In this document: in pieces, positions 40,201 to 53,999 of the stretch
Layout: the number at the start of each line of letters is the position of its first letter
How positions within the stretch are numbered: position 1 is the stretch's first letter
DNA from: Eledone cirrhosa
Taxonomy: Eukaryota
DNA length: 64,000 nucleotides
Direction: 5' to 3'
NCBI GenBank assembly: GCA_964016885.1
Contig: OZ024744.1
Span: 992,001 to 1,056,000 of the forward strand
Position numbers and translations under genes: made by a program
The notes under the pieces: model-generated
The model's database searches: none
What the model saw: the letters and a program-made list of their open reading frames with translations, nothing else
Told to the model about the DNA's origin: nothing

Positions 40201-42190
40201 AAGGTAGAGAAAGATAGCTTGGTGAAGAACGAAGTTTTGAGGGAAGACAAGGTAGAGAAAGATAGCTTGGTGAAGAACGAAGTTTTGGGGGAAGACAAGG
40301 TAGAGAAAGATAGCTTGGTGAAGAACGAAGTTTTGAGGGAAGACAAGGTAGAGAAAGATAGTTGGTGAAGAACGAAATTTTGAGCGAAGACAAGGTAGAG
40401 AAAGATAGCTTGGTGAAGAACGACGTTTTGAGGGAAGACAAGGTAGAGAAAGATAGCTTGGTGAAGAACGACGTTTTGGGTGAAGACAATGTAGAGAAAG
40501 ATAGCTTGATGAAGAACGAAGTTTTGGGGGAAGACAAGGTAGAGAAAGATAGCTTGGTGAAGAACGAAGTTTTGAGGGAAGACAAGGTAGAGAAAGATAG
40601 CTTGGTGAAGAACGAAGTTTTGGGGGAAGACAAGGTAGAGAAAGATAGCTTGGTGAAGAACGAAGTTTTGAGGGAAGACAAGGTAGAGAAAGATAGCTTG
40701 GTGAAGAACGAAGTTTTGGGGGAAGACAAGGTAGAGAAAGATAGCTTGATGAAGTACGAAGTTTTGGGGGAAGACAAGGTAGAGAAAGATAGCTTGGTGA
40801 AGAACGACGTTTTGTGGGAAGACAAGGTAGAGAAACATAGTTGGTGAAGAACGAAGTTTTGAGGGAAGACAAGGTAGAGAAAGATAGCTTGATGAAGAAC
40901 GAAGTTTTGAGGGAAGACAAGGTAGAGAAAGATAGCTTGGTGAAGAACGAAGTTTTGAGGGAAGACAAGGTAGAGAAAGATAGCTTGATGAAGAACGAAG
41001 TTTTGAGGGAAGACAAGGTAGAGAAAGATAGCTTGGTGAAGAACGAAGTTTTGAGGGAAGACAAAGTATAGAAAGATAGCTTGGTGAAGAACGAAGTTTT
41101 GGGGGAAGACAATGTAGAGAAAGATAGCTTGATGAAGAACGAAGTTTTGGGGGAAGACAAGGTAGAGAAAGATAGCTTGGTGAAGAACGAAGTTTTGAGG
41201 GAAGACAAGGTAGAGAAAGATAGCTTGGTGAAGAACGAAGTTTTGGGGGAAGACAAGGTAGAGAAAGATAGCTTGGTGAAGAACGAAGTTTTGAGGGAAG
41301 ACAAGGTAGAGAAAGATAGTTGGTGAAGAACGAAATTTTGAGCGAAGACAAGGTAGAGAAAGATAGCTTGGTGAAGAACGACGTTTTGAGGGAAGACAAG
41401 GTAGAGAAAGATAGCTTGGTGAAGAACGACGTTTTGGGTGAAGACAATGTAGAGAAAGATAGCTTGATGAAGAACGAAGTTTTGGGGGAAGACAAGGTAG
41501 AGAAAGATAGCTTGGTGAAGAACGAAGTTTTGAGGGAAGACAAGGTAGAGAAAGATAGCTTGGTGAAGAACGAAGTTTTGGGGGAAGACAAGGTAGAGAA
41601 AGATAGCTTGGTGAAGAACGAAGTTTTGAGGGAAGACAAGGTAGAGAAAGATAGCTTGGTGAAGAACGAAGTTTTGGGGGAAGACAAGGTATAGAAAGAT
41701 AGCTTGATGAAGTACGAAGTTTTGGGGGAAGACAAGGTAGAGAAAGATAGCTTGGTGAAGAACGACGTTTTGTGGGAAGACAAGGTAGAGAAACATAGTT
41801 GGTGAAGAACGAAGTTTTGAGGGAAGACAAGGTAGAGAAAGATAGCTTGATGAAGAACGAAGTTTTGAGGGAAGACAAGGTAGAGAAAGATAGCTTGGTG
41901 AAGAACGAAGTTTTGAGGGAAGACAAGGTAGAGAAAGATAGCTTGATGAAGAACGAAGTTTTGAGGGAAGACAAGGTAGAGAAAGATAGCTTGATGAAGT
42001 ACGAAGTTTTGGGGGAAGACAAGGTAGAGAAAGATAGCTTGGTGAAGAACGAAGTTTTGAGGGAAGACAAGGTAGAGAAAGATAGTTGGTGAAGAACGAA
42101 ATTTTGAGCGAAGACAAGGTAGAGAAAGATAGCTTGGTGAAGAACGACGTTTTGAGGGAAGACAAGGTAGAGAAAGATAGCTTGGTGAAG
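37300..42190 (+). repeat. 2443-bp tandem duplication (51 monomers), each copy containing an internal 958-bp duplication
   Basis: Offset 2443 at 37344/39787, 37680/40123, 37919/40362, 38398/40841, 38877/41320 and 39356/41799. Shared markers are GAGTAAGAT (37335/39778) and GACAGGGTA. The internal 958 offset is seen at 37680/38638 and 37919/38877. Confidence 0.9.
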
Positions 42191-43429
42191 AACGACGTTT
42201 TGGGTGAAGACAATGTAGAGAAAGATAGCTTGATGAAGAACGAAGTTTTGGGGGAAGACAAGGTAGAGAAAGATAGCTTGGTGAAGAACGAAGTTTTGAG
42301 GGAAGACAAGGTAGAGAAAGATAGCTTGGTGAAGAACGAAGTTTTGGGGGAAGACAAGGTAGAGAAAGATAGCTTGGTGAAGAACGAAGTTTTGAGGGAA
42401 GACAAGGTAGAGAAAGATAGCTTGGTGAAGAACGAAGTTTTGGGGGAAGACAAGGTAGAGAAAGATAGCTTGATGAAGTACGAAGTTTTGGGGGAAGACA
42501 AGGTAGAGAAAGATAGCTTGGTGAAGAACGACGTTTTGTGGGAAGACAAGGTAGAGAAACATAGTTGGTGAAGAACGAAGTTTTGAGGGAAGACAAGGTA
42601 GAGAAAGATAGTTGGTGAAGAACGAAATTTTGAGCGAAGACAAGGTAGAGAAAGATAGCTTGGTGAAGAACGACGTTTTGAGGGAAGACAAGGTAGAGAA
42701 AGATAGCTTGGTGAAGAACGACGTTTTGGGTGAAGACAATGTAGAGAAAGATAGCTTGATGAAGAACGAAGTTTTGGGGGAAGACAAGGTAGAGAAAGAT
42801 AGCTTGGTGAAGAACGAAGTTTTGAGGGAAGACAAGGTAGAGAAAGATAGCTTGGTGAAGAACGAAGTTTTGGGGGAAGACAAGGTAGAGAAAGATAGCT
42901 TGGTGAAGAACGAAGTTTTGAGGGAAGACAAGGTAGAGAAAGATAGCTTGGTGAAGAACGAAGTTTTGGGGGAAGACAAGGTAGAGAAAGATAGCTTGAT
43001 GAAGTACGAAGTTTTGGGGGAAGACAAGGTAGAGAAAGATAGCTTGGTGAAGAACGACGTTTTGTGGGAAGACAAGGTAGAGAAACATAGTTGGTGAAGA
43101 ACGTAGTTTTGAGGGAAGACAAGGTAGAGAAAGATAGCTTGATGAAGAACGAAGTTTTGAGGGAAGACAAGGTAGAGAAAGATAGCTTGGTGAAGAACGA
43201 AGTTTTGAGGGAAGACAAGGTAGAGAAAGATAGCTTGATGAAGAACGAAGTTTTGAGGGAAGACAAGGTAGAGAAAGATAGCTTGGTGAAGAACGAAGTT
43301 TTGAGGGAAGACAAAGTATAGAAAGATAGCTTGGTGAAGAACGAAGTTTTGGGGGAAGACAATGTAGAGAAAGATAGCTTGATGAAGAACGAAGTTTTGG
43401 GGGAAGACAAGGTAGAGAAAGATAGCTTG

Positions 43430-46400
43430 GTGAAGAACGAAGTTTTGAGGGAAGACAAGGTAGAGAAAGATAGCTTGGTGAAGAACGAAGTTTTGGGGGA
43501 AGACAAGGTAGAGAAAGATAGCTTGGTGAAGAACGAAGTTTTGAGGGAAGACAAGGTAGAGAAAGATAGTTGGTGAAGAACGAAATTTTGAGCGAAGACA
43601 AGGTAGAGAAAGATAGCTTGATGAAGAACGACGTTTTGAGGGAAGACAAGGTAGAGAAAGATAGCTTGGTGAAGAACGACGTTTTGGGTGAAGACAATGT
43701 AGAGAAAGATAGCTTGATGAAGAACGAAGTTTTGGGGGAAGACAAGGTAGAGAAAGATAGCTTGGTGAAGAACGAAGTTTTGAGGGAAGACAAGGTAGAG
43801 AAAGATAGCTTGGTGAAGAACGAAGTTTTGGGGGAAGACAAGGTAGAGAAAGATAGCTTGGTGAAGAACGAAGTTTTGAGGGAAGACAAGGTAGAGAAAG
43901 ATAGCTTGGTGAAGAACGAAGTTTTGGGGGAAGACAAGGTAGAGAAAGATAGCTTGATGAAGTACGAAGTTTTGGGGGAAGACAAGGTAGAGAAAGATAG
44001 CTTGGTGAAGAACGACGTTTTGTGGGAAGACAAGGTAGAGAAACATAGTTGGTGAAGAACGAAGTTTTGAGGGAAGACAAGGTAGAGAAAGATAGCTTGA
44101 TGAAGAACGAAGTTTTGAGGGAAGACAAGGTAGAGAAAGATAGCTTGGTGAAGAACGAAGTTTTGAGGGAAGACAAGGTAGAGAAAGATAGCTTGATGAA
44201 GAACGAAGTTTTGAGGGAAGACAAGGTAGAGAAAGATAGCTTGATGAAGTACGAAGTTTTGGGGGAAGACAAGGTAGAGAAAGATAGCTTGGTGAAGAAC
44301 GAAGTTTTGAGGGAAGACAAGGTAGAGAAAGATAGTTGGTGAAGAACGAAATTTTGAGCGAAGACAAGGTAGAGAAAGATAGCTTGGTGAAGAACGACGT
44401 TTTGAGGGAAGACAAGGTAGAGAAAGATAGCTTGGTGAAGAACGACGTTTTGGGTGAAGACAATGTAGAGAAAGATAGCTTGATGAAGAACGAAGTTTTG
44501 GGGGAAGACAAGGTAGAGAAAGATAGCTTGGTGAAGAACGAAGTTTTGAGGGAAGACAAGGTAGAGAAAGATAGCTTGGTGAAGAACGAAGTTTTGGGGG
44601 AAGACAAGGTAGAGAAAGATAGCTTGGTGAAGAACGAAGTTTTGAGGGAAGACAAGGTAGAGAAAGATAGCTTGGTGAAGAACGAAGTTTTGGGGGAAGA
44701 CAAGGTAGAGAAAGATAGCTTGATGAAGTACGAAGTTTTGGGGGAAGACAAGGTAGAGAAAGATAGCTTGGTGAAGAACGACGTTTTGTGGGAAGACAAG
44801 GTAGAGAAACATAGTTGGTGAAGAACGAAGTTTTGAGGGAAGACAAGGTAGAGAAAGATAGCTTGATGAAGAACGAAGTTTTGAGGGAAGACAAGGTAGA
44901 GAAAGATAGCTTGGTGAAGAACGAAGTTTTGGGGGAAGACAAGGTAGAGAAAGATAGCTTGATGAAGAACGAAGTTTTGAGGGAAGACAAGGTAGAGAAA
45001 GATAGCTTGATGAAGTACGAAGTTTTGGGGGAAGACAAGGTAGAGAAAGATAGCTTGGTGAAGAACGAAGTTTTGAGGGAAGACAAGGTAGAGAAAGATA
45101 GCTTGATGAAGAACGAAGTTTTGAGGGAAGACAAGGTAGAGAAAGATAGCTTGGTGAAGAACGAAGTTTTGAGGGAAGACAAGGTAGAGAAAGATAGCTT
45201 GGTGAAGAACGAAGTTTTGGGTGAAGACAATGTAGAGAAAGATAGCTTGATGAAGAACGAAGTTTTGGGGGAAGACAAGGTAGAGAAAGATAGCTTGGTG
45301 AAGAACGAAGTTTTGAGGGAAGACAAGGTAGAGAAAGATAGCTTGGTGAAGAACGAAGTTTTGGGGGAAGACAAGGTAGAGAAAGATAGCTTGGTGAAGA
45401 ACGAAGTTTTGAGGGAAGACAAGGTAGAGAAAGATAGCTTGGTGAAGAACGAAGTTTTGGCGGAAGACAAGGTAGAGAAAGATAGCTTGGTGAAGAACGA
45501 AGTTTTGAGGGAAGACAAGGTAGAGAAAGATAGTTGGTGAAGAACGAAGTTTTGAGGGAAGACAAGGTAGAGAAAGATAGCTTGGTGAAGAACGACGTTT
45601 TGAGGGAAGACAAGGTAGAGAAAGATAGCTTGGTGAAGAACGACGTTTTGAGGGAAGACAAGGTAGAGAAAGATAGCTTGGTGAAGAACGAAGTTTTGGG
45701 GGAAGACAAGGTAGAGAAAGATAGCTTGATGAAGTACGAAGTTTTGGGGGAAGACAAGGTAGAGAAAGATAGCTTGGTGAAGAACGACGTTTTGTGGGAA
45801 GACAAGGTAGAGAAACATAGTTGGTGAAGAACGAAATTTTGAGGGAAGACAAGGTAGAGAAAGATAGCTTGGTGAAGAACGAAGTTTTGAGGGAAGACAA
45901 GGTAGAGAAAGATAGCTTGATGAAGAACGAAGTTTTGAGGGAAGACAAGGTAGAGAAAGATAGCTTGATGAAGTACGAAGTTTTGGGGGTAGACAAGGTA
46001 GAGAAAGATAGCTTGGTGAAGAACGAAGTTTTGAGGGAAGACAAGGTAGAGACAGATAGCTTGATGAAGAACGAAGTTTTGAGGGAAGACAAGGTAGAGA
46101 AGGATAGCTTGGTGAAGAACGGAGTTTTGAGGGAAGACAAAGTATAGAAAGATAGCTTGGTGAAGAACGAAGTTTTGGGGGAAGACAATGTAGAGAAAGA
46201 TAGCTTGAAGAAGAACGAAGTTTTGGGGGAAGACAAGGTAGAGAAAGATAGCTTTGTGAAGAACGAAGTTTTGAGGGAAGACAAGGTAGAGAAAGATAGC
46301 TTGGTGAAGAACGAAGTTATGAGGGAAGACAAGGTAGAGAAAGATAGCTTGGTGAAGAACGAAGTTTTGAGGGAAGACAAGGTAGAGAAAGATAGCTTGG

Positions 46401-49400
46401 TGAAGAACGAAGTTTTGGGGGAAGACAAGGTAGAGAAAGATAGCTTGGTGAAGAACGAAGTTTTGAGGGAAGACAAGGTAGAGAAAGATAGTTGGTGAAG
46501 AACGAAGTTTTGAGGGAAGACAAGGTAGAGAAAGATAGCTTGGTGAAGAACGACGTTTTGAGGGAAGACAAGGTAGAGAAAGATAGCTTGGTGAAGAACG
46601 ACGTTTTGAGGGAAGACAAGGTAGAGAAAGATAGCTTGGTGAAGAACGAAGTTTTGGGGGAAGACAAGGTAGAGAAAGATAGCTTGATGAAGTACGAAGT
46701 TTTGGGGGAAGACAAGGTAGAGAAAGATAGCTTGGTGAAGAACGACGTTTTGTGGGAAGACAGGGTAGAGAAACATAGTTGGTGAAGAACGAAATTTTGA
46801 GGGAAGACAAGGTAGAGAAAGATAGCTTGGTGAAGAACGAAGTTTTGAGGGAAGACAAGGTAGAGAAAGATAGCTTGATGAAGAACGAAGTTTTGAGGGA
46901 AGACAAGGTAGAGAAAGATAGCTTGATGAAGTACGAAGTTTTGGGGGTAGACAAGGTAGAGAAAGATAGCTTGGTGAAGAACGAAGTTTTGAGGGAAGAC
47001 AAGGTAGAGACAGATAGCTTGATGAAGAACGAAGTTTTGAGGGAAGACAAGGTAGAGAAGGATAGCTTCGTGAAGAACGGAGTTTTGAGGGAAGACAAAG
47101 TATAGAAAGATAGCTTGGTGAAGAACGAAGTTTTGGGGGAAGACAATGTAGAGAAAGATAGCTTGAAGAAGAACGAAGTTTTGGGGGAAGACAAGGTAGA
47201 GAAAGATAGCTTTGTGAAGAACGAAGTTTTGAGGGAAGACAAGGTAGAGAAAGATAGCTTGGTGAAGAACGAAGTTATGAGGGAAGACAAGGTAGAAAAA
47301 GATAGCTTGGTGAAGAACGAAGATTTTGGGGAAGACAAGGTAGAGAAAGATAGCTTGGTGAAGAACGAAGTTTGAGGGAAGACAAGGTAGAGAAAGATAG
47401 CTTGGTGAAGAACGAAGTTTTGGGGGAAGACAAGGTAGAGAAAGATAGCTTGGTGAAGAACGAAGTTTTGAGGGAAGACAAGGTAGAGAAAGATAGTTGG
47501 TGAAGAACGAAATTTTGAGCGAAGACAAGGTAGAGAAAGATAGCTTGATGAAGAACGACGTTTTGAGGGAAGACAAGGTAGAGAAAGATAGCTTGGTGAA
47601 GAACGACGTTTTGGGTGAAGACAATGTAGAGAAAGATAGCTTGATGAAGAACGAAGTTTTGGGGGAAGACAAGGTAGAGAAAGATAGCTTGGTGAAGAAC
47701 GAAGTTTTGAGGGAAGACAAGGTAGAGAAAGATAGCTTGGTGAAGAACGAAGTTTTGGGGGAAGACAAGGTAGAGAAAGATAGCTTGGTGAAGAACGAAG
47801 TTTTGAGGGAAGACAAGGTAGAGAAAGATAGCTTGGTGAAGAACGAAGTTTTGGGGGAAGACAAGGTAGAGAAAGATAGCTTGATGAAGTACGAAGTTTT
47901 GGGGGAAGACAAGGTAGAGAAAGATAGCTTGGTGAAGAACGACGTTTTGTGGGAAGACAAGGTAGAGAAACATAGTTGGTGAAGAACGAAGTTTTGAGGG
48001 AAGACAAGGTAGAGAAAGATAGCTTGATGAAGAACGAAGTTTTGAGGGAAGACAAGGTAGAGAAAGATAGCTTGGTGAAGAACGAAGTTTTGAGGGAAGA
48101 CAAGGTAGAGAAAGATAGCTTGATGAAGAACGAAGTTTTGAGGGAAGACAAGGTAGAGAAAGATAGCTTGATGAAGTACGAAGTTTTGGGGGAAGACAAG
48201 GTAGAGAAAGATAGCTTGGTGAAGAACGAAGTTTTGAGGGAAGACAAGGTAGAGAAAGATAGTTGGTGAAGAACGAAATTTTGAGCGAAGACAAGGTAGA
48301 GAAAGATAGCTTGGTGAAGAACGACGTTTTGAGGGAAGACAAGGTAGAGAAAGATAGCTTGGTGAAGAACGACGTTTTGGGTGAAGACAATGTAGAGAAA
48401 GATAGCTTGATGAAGAACGAAGTTTTGGGGGAAGACAAGGTAGAGAAAGATAGCTTGGTGAAGAACGAAGTTTTGAGGGAAGACAAGGTAGAGAAAGATA
48501 GCTTGGTGAAGAACGAAGTTTTGGGGGAAGACAAGGTAGAGAAAGATAGCTTGGTGAAGAACGAAGTTTTGAGGGAAGACAAGGTAGAGAAAGATAGCTT
48601 GGTGAAGAACGAAGTTTTGGGGGAAGACAAGGTAGAGAAAGATAGCTTGATGAAGTACGAAGTTTTGGGGGAAGACAAGGTAGAGAAAGATAGCTTGGTG
48701 AAGAACGACGTTTTGTGGGAAGACAAGGTAGAGAAACATAGTTGGTGAAGAACGAAGTTTTGAGGGAAGACAAGGTAGAGAAAGATAGCTTGATGAAGAA
48801 CGAAGTTTTGAGGGAAGACAAGGTAGAGAAAGATAGCTTGGTGAAGAACGAAGTTTTGGGGGAAGACAAGGTAGAGAAAGATAGCTTGATGAAGAACGAA
48901 GTTTTGAGGGAAGACAAGGTAGAGAAAGATAGCTTGATGAAGTACGAAGTTTTGGGGGAAGACAAGGTAGAGAAAGATAGCTTGGTGAAGAACGAAGTTT
49001 TGAGGGAAGACAAGGTAGAGAAAGATAGCTTGATGAAGAACGAAGTTTTGAGGGAAGACAAGGTAGAGAAAGATAGCTTGGTGAAGAACGAAGTTTTGAG
49101 GGAAGACAAGGTAGAGAAAGATAGCTTGGTGAAGAACGAAGTTTTGGGTGAAGACAATGTAGAGAAAGATAGCTTGATGAAGAACGAAGTTTTGGGGGAA
49201 GACAAGGTAGAGAAAGATAGCTTGGTGAAGAACGAAGTTTTGAGGGAAGACAAGGTAGAGAAAGATAGCTTGGTGAAGAACGAAGTTTTGGGGGAAGACA
49301 AGGTAGAGAAAGATAGCTTGGTGAAGAACGAAGTTTTGAGGGAAGACAAGGTAGAGAAAGATAGCTTGGTGAAGAACGAAGTTTTGGCGGAAGACAAGGT

Positions 49401-51350
49401 AGAGAAAGATAGCTTGGTGAAGAACGAAGTTTTGAGGGAAGACAAGGTAGAGAAAGATAGTTGGTGAAGAACGAAGTTTTGAGGGAAGACAAGGTAGAGA
49501 AAGATAGCTTGGTGAAGAACGACGTTTTGAGGGAAGACAAGGTAGAGAAAGATAGCTTGGTGAAGAACGACGTTTTGAGGGAAGACAAGGTAGAGAAAGA
49601 TAGCTTGGTGAAGAACGAAGTTTTGGGGGAAGACAAGGTAGAGAAAGATAGCTTGATGAAGTACGAAGTTTTGGGGGAAGACAAGGTAGAGAAAGATAGC
49701 TTGGTGAAGAACGACGTTTTGTGGGAAGACAAGGTAGAGAAACATAGTTGGTGAAGAACGAAATTTTGAGGGAAGACAAGGTAGAGAAAGATAGCTTGGT
49801 GAAGAACGAAGTTTTGAGGGAAGACAAGGTAGAGAAAGATAGCTTGATGAAGAACGAAGTTTTGAGGGAAGACAAGGTAGAGAAAGATAGCTTGATGAAG
49901 TACGAAGTTTTGGGGGTAGACAAGGTAGAGAAAGATAGCTTGGTGAAGAACGAAGTTTTGAGGGAAGACAAGGTAGAGACAGATAGCTTGATGAAGAACG
50001 AAGTTTTGAGGGAAGACAAGGTAGAGAAGGATAGCTTGGTGAAGAACGGAGTTTTGAGGGAAGACAAAGTATAGAAAGATAGCTTGGTGAAGAACGAAGT
50101 TTTGGGGGAAGACAATGTAGAGAAAGATAGCTTGAAGAAGAACGAAGTTTTGGGGGAAGACAAGGTAGAGAAAGATAGCTTTGTGAAGAACGAAGTTTTG
50201 AGGGAAGACAAGGTAGAGAAAGATAGCTTGGTGAAGAACGAAGTTATGAGGGAAGACAAGGTAGAGAAAGATAGCTTGGTGAAGAACGAAGTTTTGAGGG
50301 AAGACAAGGTAGAGAAAGATAGCTTGGTGAAGAACGAAGTTTTGGGGGAAGACAAGGTAGAGAAAGATAGCTTGGTGAAGAACGAAGTTTTGAGGGAAGA
50401 CAAGGTAGAGAAAGATAGTTGGTGAAGAACGAAGTTTTGAGGGAAGACAAGGTAGAGAAAGATAGCTTGGTGAAGAACGACGTTTTGAGGGAAGACAAGG
50501 TAGAGAAAGATAGCTTGGTGAAGAACGACGTTTTGAGGGAAGACAAGGTAGAGAAAGATAGCTTGGTGAAGAACGAAGTTTTGGGGGAAGACAAGGTAGA
50601 GAAAGATAGCTTGATGAAGTACGAAGTTTTGGGGGAAGACAAGGTAGAGAAAGATAGCTTGGTGAAGAACGACGTTTTGTGGGAAGACAGGGTAGAGAAA
50701 CATAGTTGGTGAAGAACGAAATTTTGAGGGAAGACAAGGTAGAGAAAGATAGCTTGGTGAAGAACGAAGTTTTGAGGGAAGACAAGGTAGAGAAAGATAG
50801 CTTGATGAAGAACGAAGTTTTGAGGGAAGACAAGGTAGAGAAAGATAGCTTGATGAAGTACGAAGTTTTGGGGGTAGACAAGGTAGAGAAAGATAGCTTG
50901 GTGAAGAACGAAGTTTTGAGGGAAGACAAGGTAGAGACAGATAGCTTGATGAAGAACGAAGTTTTGAGGGAAGACAAGGTAGAGAAGGATAGCTTCGTGA
51001 AGAACGGAGTTTTGAGGGAAGACAAAGTATAGAAAGATAGCTTGGTGAAGAACGAAGTTTTGGGGGAAGACAATGTAGAGAAAGATAGCTTGAAGAAGAA
51101 CGAAGTTTTGGGGGAAGACAAGGTAGAGAAAGATAGCTTTGTGAAGAACGAAGTTTTGAGGGAAGACAAGGTAGAGAAAGATAGCTTGGTGAAGAACGAA
51201 GTTATGAGGGAAGACAAGGTAGAAAAAGATAGCTTGGTGAAGAACGAAGATTTTGGGGAAGACAAGGTAGAGAAAGATAGCTTGGTGAAGAACGAAGTTT
51301 GAGGGAAGACAAGGTAGAGAAAGATAGCTTGGTGAAGAACGAAGTTTTGG
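43430..51350 (+). repeat. 3927-bp tandem duplication (82 monomers)
   Basis: Offset 3927 for ten consecutive ORF-track landmarks (43570/47497 through 47115/51042). Shared rare markers are TTGGCGGAA (45461/49388), GCTTCGTG, GAAGATTTTGGGG (47322/51249) and the T-deleted GAAGTTTGAGG monomer. 3927 = 82x48-9. Confidence 0.93.
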
Positions 51351-52329
51351 GGGATGACAAAGTAGAGAAAGATAGCTTGGTGAAGAACGAAGTTTTGGGG
51401 GAAGACAAGGTAGAGAAATATAGCTCGGTGAAGAACGAAGTTTTGAGGGAAGACAAGGTAGAGAAAGATAGCTTGGTGAAGAACGAAGTTTTGAGGGAAG
51501 ACAAGGTAGAGAAAGATAGCTTGGTGAAGAACGAAGTTTTGGGGGACGACAAGGTGAGAGAAAGATAGCTTGATGAAGTACGAAGTTTTGGGGGAAGACA
51601 AGGTAGAGAAAGATAGCTTGGTGAAGAACGAAGTTTTGAGGGAAGACAAGGTAGAGAAAGATAGCTTGATGAAGAACGAAGTTTTGAGGGAAGACAAGGT
51701 AGAGAAAGATAGCTTGGTGAAGAACGAAGTTTTGAGGGAGGACAAAGTATAGAAAGATAGCTTGGTGAAGAACGAAGTTTTGGGTGAAGACAATGTAGAG
51801 AAAGATAGCTTGATGAAGAACGAAGTTTTGGGGGAAGACAAGGTAGAGAAAGATAGCTTGGCGAAGAACGAAGTTTTGAGGGAAGACAAGGTAGAGAAAG
51901 ATAGCTTGGTGAGGAACGAAGTTTTGGGGGAAGACAAGGTAGAGAAAGATAGCTTGGTGAAGAACGAAGTTTTGAGGGAAGACAAGGTAGAGAAAGATAG
52001 CTTGGTGAAGAACGAAGTTTTGGGGGAAGACAAGGTAGAGAAAGATAGCTTGATGAAGTACGAAGTTTTGGGGGAAGACAAGGTAGAGAAGGATAGCTTG
52101 GTGAAGAACGACGTTTTGTGGGAAGACAAGGTAGAGAAACATAGTTGGTGAAGAACGAAGTTTTGAGGGAAGACAAGGTAGAGAAAGATAGCTTGATGAA
52201 GAACGAAGTTTTGAGGGAAGACAAGGTAGAGAAAGATAGCTTGGTGAAGAACGAAGTTTTGAGGGAAGACAAGGTAGAGAAAGATAGCTTGATGAAGAAC
52301 GAAATTTTGAGGGAAGACAAGGTAGAGAA

Positions 52330-53930
52330 AGATAGCTTGATGAAGTACGAAGTTTTGGGGGAAGACAAGGTAGAGAAAGATAGCTTGGTGAAGAACGAAG
52401 TTTTGAGGGAAGACAAGGTAGAGAAAGATAGCTTGATGAAGAACGAAGTTTTGAGGGAAGACAAGGTAGAGAAAGATAGCTTGGTGAAGAACGAAGTTTT
52501 GAGGGAGGAAAAAATATAGAAAGATAGCTTGGTGAAGAACGAAGTTTTGGGTGAAGACATTGTAGAGAAAGATAGCTTGATGAAGAACGAAGTTTTGGGG
52601 GAAGACAAGGTAGAGAAAGATAGCTTGGTGAAGAACGAAGTTTTGAGGGAAGACAAGGTAGAGAAAGATAGCTTGGTGAAGAACGAAGTTTTGGGGGAAG
52701 ACAAGGTAGAGAAAGATAGCTTGGTGAAGAACGTAGTTTTGAGTGAAGACAAGGTAGAGAAAGATAGCTTGGTGAAGAACGAAGTTTTGGGGGAAGACAA
52801 GGTAGAGAAAGATAGCTTGGTGAAGAACGAAGTTTTGAGGGAAGACAAGGTAGAGAAAGATAGTTGGTGAAGAACGAAGTTTTGAGGGAAGACAAGGTAG
52901 AGAAAGATAGCTTGGTGAAGAACGACGTTTTGAGGGAAGACAAGGTAGAGAAAGATAGCTTGGTGAAGAACGACGTTTTGAGGGAAGACAAGGTAGAGAA
53001 AGATAGCTTGGTGAAGAACGAAGTTTTGGGGGAAGACAAGGTAGAGAAAGATAGCTTGGTGAAGAACGAAGTTTTGAGGGAAGACAAGGTAGAGAAAGAT
53101 AGCCTGGTGAAGAACGAAGTTTTGGGGGATGACAAAGTAGAGAAAGATAGCTTGGTGAAGAACGAAGTTTTGGGGGAAGACAAGGTAGAGAAAGATAGCT
53201 TGATGAAGAACGAAGTTTTGGGGGAAGACAAGGTAGAGTAAGATAGCTTGGTGAAGAACGAAGTTTTGAGGGAAGACAGGGTAGAGAAAGATAGCTTGGT
53301 GAAGAACGAAGTTTTGGGGGAAGACAAGGTAGAGAAAGATAGCTTGGTGAAGAACGAAGTTTTGCGGGAAGACAAGGTAGAGAAATATAGCTCGGTGAAG
53401 AACGAAGTTTTGAGGGAAGACAAGGTAGAGAAAGATAGCTTGGTGAAGAACGAAGTTTTGAGGGAAGACAAGGTAGAGAAAGATAGCTTGATGAAGAACG
53501 AAGTTTTGAGGGAAGACAAGGTAGAGAAAGATAGCTTGATGAAGAATGAAGTTTTGAGGGAAGGCAAAGTATAGAAAGATAGCTTGGTGAAGAACGAAGT
53601 TTTGGGGGAAGACAATGTAGAGAAAGATAGCTTGATGAAGAACGAAGTTTTGGGGGAAGACAAGGTAGAGAAAGATAGCTTGGTGAAGAACGAAGTTTTG
53701 AGGGAAGACAAGGTAGAGAAAGATAGCTTGGTGAAGAACGAAGTTTTGGGGGAAGACAAGGTAGAGAAAGATAGCTTGGTGAAGAACGAAGTTTTGAGGG
53801 AAGACAAGGTAGAGAAAGATAGTTGGTGAAGAACGAAATTTTGAGCGAAGACAAGGTAGAGAAAGATAGCTTGGTGAAGAACGACGTTTTGAGGGAAGAC
53901 AAGGTAGAGAAAGATAGCTTGGTGAAGAAC
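52330..53930 (+). repeat. Dispersed copy of block ~36430-38030 (offset 15904)
   Basis: Landmarks are 36625/52529, 36960/52864, 37344/53248, 37680/53584 and 37919/53823. Shared rare markers are AGCCTGG (37200/53104), GGGGATGACAAAGTAGAG and GAGTAAGAT (37335/53239). Confidence 0.87.
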
Positions 53931-53999
53931 GACGTTTTGAGGGAAGACAAGGTAGAGAAAGATAGCTTGGTGAAGAACGAAGTTTTGGGGGAAGACAAG

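Noticed and set aside
51551-51560. Splice-donor-like AAG/GTAGAG in each monomer (AAG/GTGAGA at 51551)
   Set aside because: There is no polypyrimidine acceptor on this strand and no exon context, so it is a chance match.
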